NCBI GenBank assembly: GCA_020846365.1
Contig: JADLEA010000197.1
Span: 9,584-73,583, forward strand
From: Bacteroidota bacterium
GTDB taxonomy: Bacteria; Bacteroidota; Ignavibacteria; UBA10030; UBA6906
Length of the DNA: 64,000 nucleotides
Direction: 5' to 3'
Shown here: positions 28,729-39,198 of the stretch, piece after piece
How the letters are laid out: the number at the start of each line of letters is the position of its first letter
Numbering within the stretch: position 1 is the stretch's first letter
Notes under the pieces: model-generated
What the model was told of the DNA's origin: nothing
The model's database searches: none
Seen by the model: only the letters and a program-made list of their open reading frames with translations
Made by a program: the position numbers and the translations under genes

Positions 28729-29691
28729 ATGACAAAGATGATGACAGTAGCTCTTCTCCAGGGGCCCCACCGCTTCTCGCTGGAAGAGCGTCCCATTCCC
28801 GTCCCCGGTCCGGATGAGATCCTTGTCCGGACGACATCCTGCGGGATTTGCACGTCAGAGATAGAAATCTGGAAGGGAAAGCTTCCCGATCTGGAATACC
28901 CCCGGTTCATCGGTCATGAACCATCCGGAATCGTGGAACATGCAGGCGCTGAGGTCAGCGGATTCGCTCCCGGTGATCATGTGGCCGTCTGGTCGGAAGG
29001 GAAAGCGTACGCTGAATACTTTGTATCGAAGGCCGACTACGCCTTCAGGCTCCGTCACGAGACAAACCTGGAGGAGGCGCTCGGAGAGCCCATCGCGTGC
29101 TCGGTAAATGGCGTGCGCAAGCTAGATCCCCAGCTCAATGATAGCGTGTGCATCGTAGGGTGCGGGTTCATGGGGCTCATCATGGTTCAGATCTTCCGGG
29201 CGCGGGGAGCGGGCACCGTCATCGCCGTCGACACCCGGAAGAGCATCCGGGATCTCTCGCTGCGGCTGGGTGCGACTCACGCGATGGACCCGGCAGAGAC
29301 GGACGTAGCCGCTGCGGTGAAGGACCTCACAGGCGGGCGCGGCGTGGATATTGGTGTGGAGGCGGCCGGCCTTCAGGCGACGCTCGACCTCACGGGGCAG
29401 GTCGTCCGCATGGAAGGGAAACTGGAGGTCTTCGGTTTTCACGTCGGCGAACCCCGCGCGGTACCATGGGGATTCTGGAACTGGATGGCATTCACCATCG
29501 TGAACGGCCCTGTGCGCAGTCCGCGCATGTACGTCGAGGGCATGACCACCGGGTTGACGATGCTCGAAGCGGGAACGTTGAAGATGGGGCCGCTGGTCAC
29601 ACACCGGTTCCCCCTTCGAGAGATCGATCGCGCATTCCAGGTCGCGGCTGCGAAAGACGAAGGTTTTGTCAAAGGCATCATCACGGAGTGA
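28729..29691 (+). CDS. Zinc-binding (MDR) sugar/polyol dehydrogenase
   Basis: CGICTSE, GHEPSG, GCGFMG Rossmann motif, LVTHRFPL; lacks the four-Cys structural-Zn lobe. Confidence 0.88.
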   Translation: MTKMMTVALLQGPHRFSLEERPIPVPGPDEILVRTTSCGICTSEIEIWKGKLPDLEYPRFIGHEPSGIVEHAGAEVSGFAPGDHVAVWSEGKAYAEYFVSKADYAFRLRHETNLEEALGEPIACSVNGVRKLDPQLNDSVCIVGCGFMGLIMVQIFRARGAGTVIAVDTRKSIRDLSLRLGATHAMDPAETDVAAAVKDLTGGRGVDIGVEAAGLQATLDLTGQVVRMEGKLEVFGFHVGEPRAVPWGFWNWMAFTIVNGPVRSPRMYVEGMTTGLTMLEAGTLKMGPLVTHRFPLREIDRAFQVAAAKDEGFVKGIITE

Positions 29692-29753
29692 GAGTTCACC
29701 GTCAACGATACTCAGCTGTGTTTGCGAAGCTCAACTTGAGACGGAGGTGCACC

Positions 29754-32624
29754 ATGGATCGATCGCCGAGAATTGTGGCTCTCACCGTTCTCGTGCTGGC
29801 GTTCTCCGCGCTGGTCTTTCTCCCGGGTACTCCCGCGGCCAGGGCACAGGGCAACACCGGGAAGATTTCGGGAAGGGTCAGCGACGCGAAGACCAGAGAG
29901 CCCCTGGTCGGAGTGAACGTCCTCGTCCAGGGCACCAGCCGCGGAGGGGCGACGGATGTGCAGGGCGACTTCTTCATCGCCAACCTCCCGCCGGGCGTGT
30001 ACGTGTTAAAAGCCCGGCAGGTGGGGTACAGGGACGTCACGGTGACCGACGTCCGCGTGCGCGTGGATGCGACCACGGAGGTGAATTTCGCAATGGAGGA
30101 GACGGTCCTGGATATCGGCCAGGAGGTGGTCATCACGGCACAACGGCCGCCGGTGCAAAAGGATAATACTGCCACCCGCGTGTTTATCGAATCCAGCGAC
30201 ATCATCAACCGCCCCGCCACCGGCGTCTCGGAAGTGGTGACGACGCTGCCGAGCATCAACTTCGAAGGGGGCGGCGTCAGAGTGCGCGGAGGAGCCCTGA
30301 ATGAAGTGTCATTCCTGGTGGACGGCGCGCGGGCAAGGAATCCGATGAACCAGGAGGCGTACACCAACATCAACCTGAGCTCCATTCAGGAATTGGAGGT
30401 CATCACGGGCTCGTTCAATGCCGAGTACGGCGAAGCCCGTTCGGGGGTTTTCAACGTCATTACGAAAGAGGGAGGCGATCAATACCAGTTCTACCTCGAT
30501 GCACGCTACACTCCTCCGGGAGTGAAACACTGGGGACCTTCCCTCTATGACACCGAAACCCCCGTCTACTGGGAAAACTCGCACGCCCGGCATCTCCAGT
30601 GGTGGATCGACAACCCGGATCAATGGGTGGATGCGGCAGGCAGATACGGCAACGACCCCAACTGCGCGCTGTCGCCCGAACAGGCCCACCAGGAATACCT
30701 CTCAACCCATCAGCCGCTCACAGAGTACGACAAGATTCCCAGCTACCTCGCAGAGGCCAGCTTCGGAGGTCCCGTGCCGGGCGTCGATGCCATGCGCTTC
30801 TTTGTGTCCGGAAAGTACCGGAGCGAAGCGCCGTTGATGGGGAACGCCTATCGCGACAGGGGGACCTTCTTTGACGGCACCGCCAAGCTCTCGTACAATC
30901 TCGACGCCGGCACCAAGATCCTGCTCTCGGGATTCCTCGGTACGGAACGGACATCCTGGGGCGTGGACTGGTACAACATCGATGACTGGGCACGGAACAT
31001 GGCCCTCGATTCACGGTATGCGTACATGGATTACTATGGCCTTCCCACGTCGCAAACCGACGGGCAGAGCCTCAAGCTCACCCACGTCGTCGATGAGGCC
31101 ACCATGTGGGAGGTGAAAGTCTCCCGCGTGTTTGCTCTCCGGCGCGTGGAGCCGTTCCCGGACGACCCGATCGGATGGGAAGCCACGGAAGCGACACGGG
31201 ACAATCTGCGGGGGTACGAAACATACGTCGACGCTTCCGGGCAGTCGTATGTCCGTGATGCCATCGGCGGCAATCAGAACAGGGTGGGCTTCCATACGCT
31301 CGGCTACTACTACAGGTTCGACAGTAAGAACACCGACTGGACGCTCTCCGGTTTTTATTCGAGCCAGATCAACAAGAACTGGCAGCTGAAATCCGGCGCA
31401 GAGTTCACCTACTACGTGCTGGATCAGTACAATGAGTCCAAACTGCCTCCCCGGACCGACGACAATACGTACAATCCGTTCCAGGGCGCAGTGTACGTAC
31501 AGAACAAACTGGAATTCGGCGGGTTCGTCATGAATGCCGGCATCCGCCTGGATTTCTACAATCCCAATGATGTCACGTATCTCGACCTCTTCGATCCACT
31601 CGGCGGCGCGACCGGCACAACCAAGATGTTTGCGCAGGTCAGCCCCCGTCTGGGCATCTCCCATCCCATCGACGAAAACACCGTCCTTCATTTTTCCTAC
31701 GGCCACTTTTTCGAGCGGGGTCCGTTCGGTGACTACGGGGAAGGCACGGATGATTCTGAGGCGCTGGGGAGCCTCACGTCCTTCATCGTCACAGGCACGG
31801 CCAGCCCATGGGTGCTCGGGAACCGGAACACAAAGCCCGAGAAGACCGTCTCCTACGAGCTCGGCATTGAGCGGAACTTCTTTGATGAGTTCATTCTCGG
31901 CGTGACCGCATACTACAAAGACATCCGGAACACCCTCCGCGTCGTGACAATTGAGAGCCCCATCGGGATCTACCGGACCAACGGCAACGGGAACTACGGA
32001 GATGTGCGGGGGATCGAGCTCTCCCTCCGGAAGCAACCGACCAGGCACAGCTGGGGGACCATGTGGGGGTATGTCAATTTCACCACCCAGATCGGCATCT
32101 ATGGCCGTGGCGGCGATCCGCTCTCCATCTCCCCAACGCGCGTCACCTATGGCACCAGCGGGGATGACATCGCCTACAACAACCCGCGTCTGAAGGCCGG
32201 TCTCTACTACGAAACGCCCGAGTCGCAGTTCCTGGGAGGCGCCTTTGACAACCTCAGCGTGTCCTTTGACTACATCGCGGTGTTTCCGAATGAGAAACTC
32301 CTCGGGGACGCCTTCGAGAACGGCGGGAACCGGTATCTGCGCCCCGTTGACCAGAACACCAACATGAAAGTCCGCAAGGATTTTGTGATCGCAGGTGCCT
32401 CGATGCGGGTGGGGGTCTACATGGAGGTGCGGAATCTCTTCAACGCCAGAATGCTGAACTTCCCGACGTTCACCGGCGCATCCACGGAAGACCAGGCACG
32501 CTTCGCGACGAGCGGATTCAGCTACATCCCATCCGTGACAGCCACGGGTGCTCCGATACTGGAATTCGCGAAGTACAGAAATCTCCCCCGCCTGATTGTG
32601 TTCGGCGCAACGCTCGAATTGTGA
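29754..32624 (+). CDS. TonB-dependent receptor with N-terminal carboxypeptidase-regulatory-like domain
   Basis: Signal peptide; GKISGRVSDAKTREPLVGVNV; plug VRGG...LEVITGSFNAEYGEARSGVFNVITKEG; barrel motifs SPRLGISHPI, KPEKTVSYELG, YYKDI. GGAGG RBS. Confidence 0.93.
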   Translation: MDRSPRIVALTVLVLAFSALVFLPGTPAARAQGNTGKISGRVSDAKTREPLVGVNVLVQGTSRGGATDVQGDFFIANLPPGVYVLKARQVGYRDVTVTDVRVRVDATTEVNFAMEETVLDIGQEVVITAQRPPVQKDNTATRVFIESSDIINRPATGVSEVVTTLPSINFEGGGVRVRGGALNEVSFLVDGARARNPMNQEAYTNINLSSIQELEVITGSFNAEYGEARSGVFNVITKEGGDQYQFYLDARYTPPGVKHWGPSLYDTETPVYWENSHARHLQWWIDNPDQWVDAAGRYGNDPNCALSPEQAHQEYLSTHQPLTEYDKIPSYLAEASFGGPVPGVDAMRFFVSGKYRSEAPLMGNAYRDRGTFFDGTAKLSYNLDAGTKILLSGFLGTERTSWGVDWYNIDDWARNMALDSRYAYMDYYGLPTSQTDGQSLKLTHVVDEATMWEVKVSRVFALRRVEPFPDDPIGWEATEATRDNLRGYETYVDASGQSYVRDAIGGNQNRVGFHTLGYYYRFDSKNTDWTLSGFYSSQINKNWQLKSGAEFTYYVLDQYNESKLPPRTDDNTYNPFQGAVYVQNKLEFGGFVMNAGIRLDFYNPNDVTYLDLFDPLGGATGTTKMFAQVSPRLGISHPIDENTVLHFSYGHFFERGPFGDYGEGTDDSEALGSLTSFIVTGTASPWVLGNRNTKPEKTVSYELGIERNFFDEFILGVTAYYKDIRNTLRVVTIESPIGIYRTNGNGNYGDVRGIELSLRKQPTRHSWGTMWGYVNFTTQIGIYGRGGDPLSISPTRVTYGTSGDDIAYNNPRLKAGLYYETPESQFLGGAFDNLSVSFDYIAVFPNEKLLGDAFENGGNRYLRPVDQNTNMKVRKDFVIAGASMRVGVYMEVRNLFNARMLNFPTFTGASTEDQARFATSGFSYIPSVTATGAPILEFAKYRNLPRLIVFGATLEL

Positions 32625-32643
32625 GACCATGGAGAATAGAACC

Positions 32644-34854
32644 ATGAGAGTAGACCGGATTACCCCTGCATGGATCCTCCTTGCATTGCTCGCAATCTTC
32701 CCCGGCATCGCGATGAGCCAGCCGGGCGCCGAACTGCAGCATACGAGGGGACGGCTATGGGAGAATCTTGTGAACGACGGGATGATCGGAAGTCTTGCAG
32801 CGTGGGATTTCGAGGTGTATGCCCCGCTCGGGTTCTTCCCGGGATTTGCAGGATGGACCCATCCGATCGGCAACGAGAACAAGGCCGTCAACACTTTCTC
32901 CAATGCGAACTTCCACAATTTCCGTTCGGGGTGCTGGATCGTGGCGAAAGATGTGATCACGGTTGGCCAGCCGCCCACCTACCTGCAGGCGCCGCACGCG
33001 TTCGAGAGTTCGACGACCGGTTTGCAGGATGGTTCGTACGGGCTGGAGAACGCGCTTCAACCTCTGGTGAGAGTGGAGAATTTCAGCGATCGACCCGGTT
33101 TCGATCCGCTCCTGCCGGAAGAGTTGATTACGGCGCAGTGGAACACCAATCTGGGCATTACGGTGACCCGGCGCTCCTACACATGGAGTTTCCCCGGATA
33201 CAGGGACTTCATCATCTACGACTACGTCTTCAGGAACACCGGTCTCATCGTCTGCACATACACGAGCGCTCTTCCGCCTGATTCTCTGCTCCCCCGGTTC
33301 CGCCAGACCATCAAGGACGCGTATTTCGTCTTCCACTCGGGCATCTCCGTCTCCACCAAGAGCCAGATCAACTTCTATGACGACGTCTATGCGATCATGG
33401 CGGGCGGATTCGGATGGGATCAGAAAGCGTATCACGACTACTACCATATTCATGACGATGGGGAGCTGGTCTTCTCGACGAACTTCGACGGCGGCAAGTA
33501 TCCGCCTCACTTCAATACCTATGCCGAGAAGACCCCCTCGGAATGGCAGACGCGATTCGGTTCGGAGCTTATGAGCCCGTCCGCCTTCGGATGGGTTGCA
33601 TTGTATGCAAGCCCCAGGACTGGCGGCGGACCCCGGCTCACGCCAAAGCCGGATGTGTTGCGCGTGGATTCCCATAAAGGGGGAAAGCTGAACAACCAGT
33701 CCTTGGACCTCGAGAAGTTTGTCCATTTGATGCGCGGCCACCGAGATTTCTACACATTCGCGACGACCGCCGACACGCAGGCGGCGCTTGGTAACTCCGG
33801 TAACAGGGAGAATTTCTACACCTTCTCCTACGGACCGTACACGATTGCGCCGGGGGATTCTGTCCGGGTGATTGTGGGGGAGATCGCCGGCGTCATGGAC
33901 ATGCACGAAGCTATCAACGGGGATCCCCAGGGGCACTTCCCGGACAGCTCGATTGCCGCAATCCGGAGAAACGCGGCTTTTGCGCGTCAGGCGGTGGCTT
34001 GGGGAGTGGGCGGCACAGCCGGCGGCATGCCGATTGCCGCGGACGTCCCCGAACCTCCGCCTCCGCCCACGTGTGACGCGGTGAATGCATCCTTCGGCAC
34101 CGACGTCCCCATCATCTCGGTCGTGTGGGAGAAACAGGCCGAAACGGCGCAGATCCTTGATGCGTCGGGGCAAACCTTCTACTCCGGTGCAACGGACCTT
34201 GCAGGGTACCGGATTTACCGTTCCACGGATTTCCAGTACTCCAGCGAAAGTGAACTCCCCGCTTTTCGCGGGGAGGCATGGGAACTCGTCGGAGACATCC
34301 CCATTGGCACTGCCCCCCAGTACTTTGACACTCAGGAAGGGCGATACCGCTACAACGACAGCACCGTGACCTTCGGATTCCGGTATGGCTACTACGTCTC
34401 GGCATATCGGAGCGCAAATCCGGCCAAGACTTGGACGTCGGCGAACGGCACGGTTATTACCGGCATCCCCGAGCTCGAGAGCGGAAGCGTGAACAAGACG
34501 CTCCCGACGAGTGCGGCACCCGGGCCTGTCCCCACGATGGACATTTTCGTTGCTCCGAATCCCTACGTGTACGGCGACCCGGAACGGAGCTTCGGACGTG
34601 CCAACCCCTTCGGTCTGGAGTTCCGGAACCTGCCCGAAGCGTGCACGATCAAGATCTACACGCTCGTCGGTGACCTGGTCCGGACTCTGGAACACAAGCC
34701 CGACGCCCGGGGCGGTGTGTACGGCAGCGAAGGGTGGGATAAAAAAAGCGACTCCGGTCTGCTTGTGGCTCCCGGACTGTACGTGTACCACGTCATTTCC
34801 ACGACGCCGGGACTGGACCGCACGCTGACCGGCAAACTCGTGATCATCCGCTGA
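32644..34854 (+). CDS. Secreted hypothetical protein with FN3-like segment and VAPNPY-type (FlgD/T9SS-like) C-terminal domain
   Basis: Signal peptide; PEPPPPP...LAGYRIYRST...YYVSAY; VAPNPY...IKIYTLVGDLVRTL...WD...PGLYVYHV...GKLVIIR. Confidence 0.75.
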   Translation: MRVDRITPAWILLALLAIFPGIAMSQPGAELQHTRGRLWENLVNDGMIGSLAAWDFEVYAPLGFFPGFAGWTHPIGNENKAVNTFSNANFHNFRSGCWIVAKDVITVGQPPTYLQAPHAFESSTTGLQDGSYGLENALQPLVRVENFSDRPGFDPLLPEELITAQWNTNLGITVTRRSYTWSFPGYRDFIIYDYVFRNTGLIVCTYTSALPPDSLLPRFRQTIKDAYFVFHSGISVSTKSQINFYDDVYAIMAGGFGWDQKAYHDYYHIHDDGELVFSTNFDGGKYPPHFNTYAEKTPSEWQTRFGSELMSPSAFGWVALYASPRTGGGPRLTPKPDVLRVDSHKGGKLNNQSLDLEKFVHLMRGHRDFYTFATTADTQAALGNSGNRENFYTFSYGPYTIAPGDSVRVIVGEIAGVMDMHEAINGDPQGHFPDSSIAAIRRNAAFARQAVAWGVGGTAGGMPIAADVPEPPPPPTCDAVNASFGTDVPIISVVWEKQAETAQILDASGQTFYSGATDLAGYRIYRSTDFQYSSESELPAFRGEAWELVGDIPIGTAPQYFDTQEGRYRYNDSTVTFGFRYGYYVSAYRSANPAKTWTSANGTVITGIPELESGSVNKTLPTSAAPGPVPTMDIFVAPNPYVYGDPERSFGRANPFGLEFRNLPEACTIKIYTLVGDLVRTLEHKPDARGGVYGSEGWDKKSDSGLLVAPGLYVYHVISTTPGLDRTLTGKLVIIR

Positions 34855-34865
34855 GGAGAGTACCC

Positions 34866-35849
34866 ATGAAACGACATCTGGCACTATGCGCATGTGTCCT
34901 TGCCCTGGGTACGAGTGGTGCTCTCGGCGAGGATTTCAACAAAGCTGGCCGGACTGTGATGCAGTTTTTGAAGATCGGCATCGGCGGGCATCAATCCGCG
35001 CTCGGAGAGTGCGGCGTGGTGGCGGTCCGCGACGTGAACTCCATGTTCTGGAACCCCGCAGGCATATCGGGCATCCAAAACGTTGAGGCCTCGTTCTCCT
35101 ATAACAACTGGTTTGTCGACTTGAAGTATTTAGCCGGCGCGGCCGGCGTCCGGATTCCCGACGTCGGCATTGTCAGCGTTGGGTTCGCCTCCCTGGACTA
35201 CGGCAACATCCAGGAAGCGCTTGTCCGCGGCCAGGGAACTTCCAGCGACACGCGCACGGGCGGAACGTTCGGCGGGGGAGACATGATGGTGAGTCTCAGC
35301 TTCGCACGAGAGTTCAGCGATCAGCTGGCCATCGGTCTCACCGGCAAATATGTTCGCGAAAAGCTCTTCAACTATTCGGCCGGTGCATTCGCCTTCGATG
35401 TGGGAACGTACTACAACACGGGTTTCAAGGGGATCCGGTTCGGCATGAGCTTCCAGAATTTCAGCGAATCGGTCAAGTTCCTCGATCAGGGCGCGAGAGA
35501 GGAAGGGTACGACCTCCCGCTGGTCTTCCGGCTGGGGGCATCCTTTGATCTCGTGGAAGAGAAAGACGGCTTCATCCCTCTGGGAGATGATCATCGGGTA
35601 GTCATGTCCTTTGAAGCGCTGAATACGAACGACTTCGGCGAACGCTATCACGTGGGCGCGGAATACTCCTTCATGGACTTCATCCATCTCAGAGGGGGAT
35701 ATCGCTTCAACTACGCCGAAGGGAACCTTTCGTTCGGCGTCGGCCTGCAGAAACAACTTTCGTCCATCTTCGTTTCGGTCGACTATTCGTTCGTCAGTTA
35801 CGAGTTTCTCGAATCTCCTCACCGTGTCACGCTGACCGTCGCCTTCTGA
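34866..35849 (+). CDS. PorV/PorQ-family outer-membrane beta-barrel protein
   Basis: Signal peptide, QFLKIGIGG..ALG, SMFWNPAG, amphipathic strands, C-terminal Phe. Confidence 0.85.
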   Translation: MKRHLALCACVLALGTSGALGEDFNKAGRTVMQFLKIGIGGHQSALGECGVVAVRDVNSMFWNPAGISGIQNVEASFSYNNWFVDLKYLAGAAGVRIPDVGIVSVGFASLDYGNIQEALVRGQGTSSDTRTGGTFGGGDMMVSLSFAREFSDQLAIGLTGKYVREKLFNYSAGAFAFDVGTYYNTGFKGIRFGMSFQNFSESVKFLDQGAREEGYDLPLVFRLGASFDLVEEKDGFIPLGDDHRVVMSFEALNTNDFGERYHVGAEYSFMDFIHLRGGYRFNYAEGNLSFGVGLQKQLSSIFVSVDYSFVSYEFLESPHRVTLTVAF

Positions 35850-35904
35850 CGCCGGGTGACCTGGAGAACGCCATCACGACCATAAGCATGAGAGGTTGAT
35901 TCCC

Positions 35905-38900
35905 ATGGCATTTGCCGAACACGTCCGCAACGGTGTTCCCCTGACCCGCGAGAATTTTGCCGAGCCCCCGGGCTCGATGGGCATTATCCCCTTCTGGTTC
36001 TGGAACGGGGACATGGATGAGCAGGAGATGATGTGGCAGCTGAAGGAGTACAAGGCGAAGGGAATCGACGCAATCTTCATCCACGGACGTTTCGGGCTCA
36101 CTGTGCCGTATGTCTCCGATGCGTGGTTTGAGAAGGTGAAGGCTGCCGTGAACATGGCAAAATCCATCGGGATTGACGCCTGGGTGTACGATGAAATGAA
36201 CTGGCCCAGCGGCACAGCCCAAAGGAAAGTTCCGACCCGGTATCCGCATCTCAGGCAGAAATACCTCGAACTGGTGGCACTGAACGTCGACGGCCCTCTT
36301 TTCACCTTCCTCGAAGCGACGGACAACCGCTACGTCAATACGGGGGATTCATGGCCGGTGGCAGCATTCGGGTGTACGGAGGAGGAATTTCAGACCGCCA
36401 TCACCCATCCCATCGATCTCACGCAGAACCTCTCGTTCGAAAAGGTCCTCCCCTGGGAAGCCCCGGCGGGCAAATGGCGGCTCCTGTATTTTCTCCAGAA
36501 GGAAATCCCCTATTACATCGACACGCTGAACCCCGAATCCACACAGAGGTTCATCGAACTGACGCACGAGCGCTACCGGCAGGCGGTCGGCGGGCACTTC
36601 GGAGGGACTGTCCCTGGATTCTACACCGATGAGCCGGCCATGCACTACTATCACGTCGGCATCGACAACTACGTCATTCCCTGGACGAGCCAGATGTTCA
36701 AGATCTTCCGTGAACGTCGCGGGTATGATCTGCGTCCCTGGCTCCCGGCGCTGTATCTGGACATGGGCCCCCGCACGGCCTCCGTCCGCTATGATTTCTG
36801 GCGCACGCTCACCGAGCAGTATGCGGAGACCTACTACGGACAGATCCGGGAATGGTGCGACAGAAACAACGTGCTCTTCACCGGGCATCTTCTTTTTGAG
36901 GAGTGGATGCGCATGCATGCGCGCTGCGAAGGAAACATCTTCCGCTACCTCGAAAAGATGCACATCGTCGGCGTGGACCATCTCTATCCCAAGATCGGCA
37001 CGGAACAGGAGCCGGATCAGCACGTCGCCCTCAAGCTCGCCAGCTCCGCGGCGCACCACTTCGGCAGCGCGCGGCTGTTGTGTGAATCCATGGGGGGGTC
37101 GTACTGGGATTGCACGCTCCAGCGGATGAAATGGATGGCGAACTGGGAATACGTGCTCGGGGTGAACCTGTTCAACAACCACGGCTATCACTACTCCATC
37201 GAAGGCGAGCGCAAACGGGATTGGCCGCCTTCGCAGTTCTACCATCACACATGGTGGAAGCACTATCCCGCCTTCACGTCGTACATGGCGCGCATCAGCC
37301 ACCTGTTGTCCGGAGGGAGACACGTCGCCAAGGTTCTGGTCCTGTATCCCCTGAACAGCATCTGGGCCAATTATGTGCCTCAGAAACGAACCGAAGTCGG
37401 CAATCTTACGGAATTCGATTTCAACTACCTGACCGATACGTTGCTGCGCCTCCACTACGATTTTGATTTCGTGGACGAAGATGTCCTGGCCGAAGCGACA
37501 ATAGGGAAGGGAGGCATCGGCATCCGGGATGAGAAATTCGAAGTCCTGATCCTGCCCCCGGTGACGCATATGAAAGGGTCCACGCTGAAGGTCATCAGGA
37601 AGTTCATCCGGGCCGGAGGTACCGTGATCGCCGACACCCTTCTTCCCGTCGAACTCCTGGAAACTCCGCGTCCGGATGCAACGCGAGAAGTGCAGGAGAT
37701 CTTCGGCGTTGATCCCCGCAAACTCCTCGCGGAGTTTTCCGCAAAAGGCCCTGTGCGTGTTGCAGTGCAGAGCAAGAACAGCACCGGCCACGTGCATCTG
37801 TTGCGGGGGAAGGGTCTGCATCACGGAACCGGACGTAAACAACTCGAACAGGTGTTGAGAAAGTCCTGCGTTCCGGACGTGACCATCAGCGAAGGGGATG
37901 TGTTCTACCTTCACCGCGTGAAGGATGGCTTTGATATCTACTTCCTGGCCAACACCAGTCAGGAAGAGAAACGGAACGTCCGGGTAACCTTCGAGAAAAT
38001 CGGGACGCCGGAGCTCTGGGATCCCAACACCGGAGCCATTCATCCTCTCCACCAGTTCGAAATCGCGCAGGGACGGCCCGCCCTGGTGCTGGATTTTGCG
38101 CCTGCCGACGCTCGTGTCATCGTACTCCGGAAAAAAATCGACGCCCCGTATGTTTCCGATGCTAACATCACAGTGACCGGCGTTTCCGCAACCGCGGTTC
38201 AAGGGTACGGAAATCCCGCCGGAAAGACGGCCCGCGCAGTGCTGGTGAACGGAAGGCAGCGCATACGATTGACTTCGCCGGCCAGAAAACCACTGCCCCC
38301 TGTTCTTCTTCCGCAGAAATGGGAGTTCAGATGTGACGGCGACAACGCGCTCCTGCTGTCACAGTGGCGCATGAGCATGGTCGGCGGTTTCGGTATGGAG
38401 TGCGCAGAGGCCGCCCCTGACATTGATGACACTTCCTGGCTGAGCGTGACTCAGGGGGCGTGGGAGATGCAGTTGCCTCAGGAGCGCGATGAAATGACAT
38501 ATCCGGTCTCGCTCTGGTACCGTACCTCGTTCGAGGCGGAATACATACCCTCCGATCTCCGCGTGATGATCGACGGGTTCAGCGGCAGCGCATACCGTCT
38601 GTTCGTCAACGGAACGGAAATTGTCGACAAGGGAAAACGCAGCACGTTGGATGCCGAGATCAAAGAAGTCCCTATCGCGCGGCATGTTCGCCAGGGCCGG
38701 AATGTCATTGCCGTTGCGCTTACCGCGCGCAAACGCACCGATGGCATGCTGGACCCGCTGAAGCTCGTGGGCGCATTCTCCCTGAAACCGGTGCAACACG
38801 GTCTTTCGATCTCCCGGCCCGCGGAATCGATGCGCGTAGGCGACTGGTGCATGCAAGGATATCCGTTCTTCTCGGGGACCGGGAGGTACATCGCCGATGT

Positions 38901-39198
38901 GCAGGTGCCCGAGCGATATTGTAACGGACGGCTCCAGCTGGAGGTACCATGCGGCCAGGATGTGCTCGAAGTTCTTGTCAACGACGCGCCCGCACCTCTG
39001 GTTCCATGGAGCCCGTACGCGGTAGACCTCACAGGTCTCGTGCGGCCGGGGATCAATCGGCTGGAGTTGCGCGTCACCAACACGCTGATCAATCTTCTGG
39101 AGGGTGTCAGAAAGGAATCGGGTGTTCTTGCCCGTCCCTCTCTCCGCCATTTCCACAACTACGAACTCCCGGTACATAGGACGAAGGGCGACGCATGA
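35905..39198 (+). CDS. Large cytoplasmic glycoside hydrolase, GH106 (alpha-L-rhamnosidase)-like
   Basis: PFWFWNG, WVYDEMNWPSG, FYTDEP, GVDHL, HGYHYS...RDWPPS, GYPFFSGTGRY, NRLELRVTNT; no signal peptide. Substrate unknown. Confidence 0.7.
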   Translation: MAFAEHVRNGVPLTRENFAEPPGSMGIIPFWFWNGDMDEQEMMWQLKEYKAKGIDAIFIHGRFGLTVPYVSDAWFEKVKAAVNMAKSIGIDAWVYDEMNWPSGTAQRKVPTRYPHLRQKYLELVALNVDGPLFTFLEATDNRYVNTGDSWPVAAFGCTEEEFQTAITHPIDLTQNLSFEKVLPWEAPAGKWRLLYFLQKEIPYYIDTLNPESTQRFIELTHERYRQAVGGHFGGTVPGFYTDEPAMHYYHVGIDNYVIPWTSQMFKIFRERRGYDLRPWLPALYLDMGPRTASVRYDFWRTLTEQYAETYYGQIREWCDRNNVLFTGHLLFEEWMRMHARCEGNIFRYLEKMHIVGVDHLYPKIGTEQEPDQHVALKLASSAAHHFGSARLLCESMGGSYWDCTLQRMKWMANWEYVLGVNLFNNHGYHYSIEGERKRDWPPSQFYHHTWWKHYPAFTSYMARISHLLSGGRHVAKVLVLYPLNSIWANYVPQKRTEVGNLTEFDFNYLTDTLLRLHYDFDFVDEDVLAEATIGKGGIGIRDEKFEVLILPPVTHMKGSTLKVIRKFIRAGGTVIADTLLPVELLETPRPDATREVQEIFGVDPRKLLAEFSAKGPVRVAVQSKNSTGHVHLLRGKGLHHGTGRKQLEQVLRKSCVPDVTISEGDVFYLHRVKDGFDIYFLANTSQEEKRNVRVTFEKIGTPELWDPNTGAIHPLHQFEIAQGRPALVLDFAPADARVIVLRKKIDAPYVSDANITVTGVSATAVQGYGNPAGKTARAVLVNGRQRIRLTSPARKPLPPVLLPQKWEFRCDGDNALLLSQWRMSMVGGFGMECAEAAPDIDDTSWLSVTQGAWEMQLPQERDEMTYPVSLWYRTSFEAEYIPSDLRVMIDGFSGSAYRLFVNGTEIVDKGKRSTLDAEIKEVPIARHVRQGRNVIAVALTARKRTDGMLDPLKLVGAFSLKPVQHGLSISRPAESMRVGDWCMQGYPFFSGTGRYIADVQVPERYCNGRLQLEVPCGQDVLEVLVNDAPAPLVPWSPYAVDLTGLVRPGINRLELRVTNTLINLLEGVRKESGVLARPSLRHFHNYELPVHRTKGDA

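Noticed and set aside
29148..29753. N-terminal 202-aa extension of the TonB receptor ORF (likewise the upstream extensions at 4368, 6445, 25325, 49603, 53434, 56795 and 59693)
   Set aside because: Each extension overlaps the upstream gene. The downstream ATGs have RBSs and/or signal peptides.
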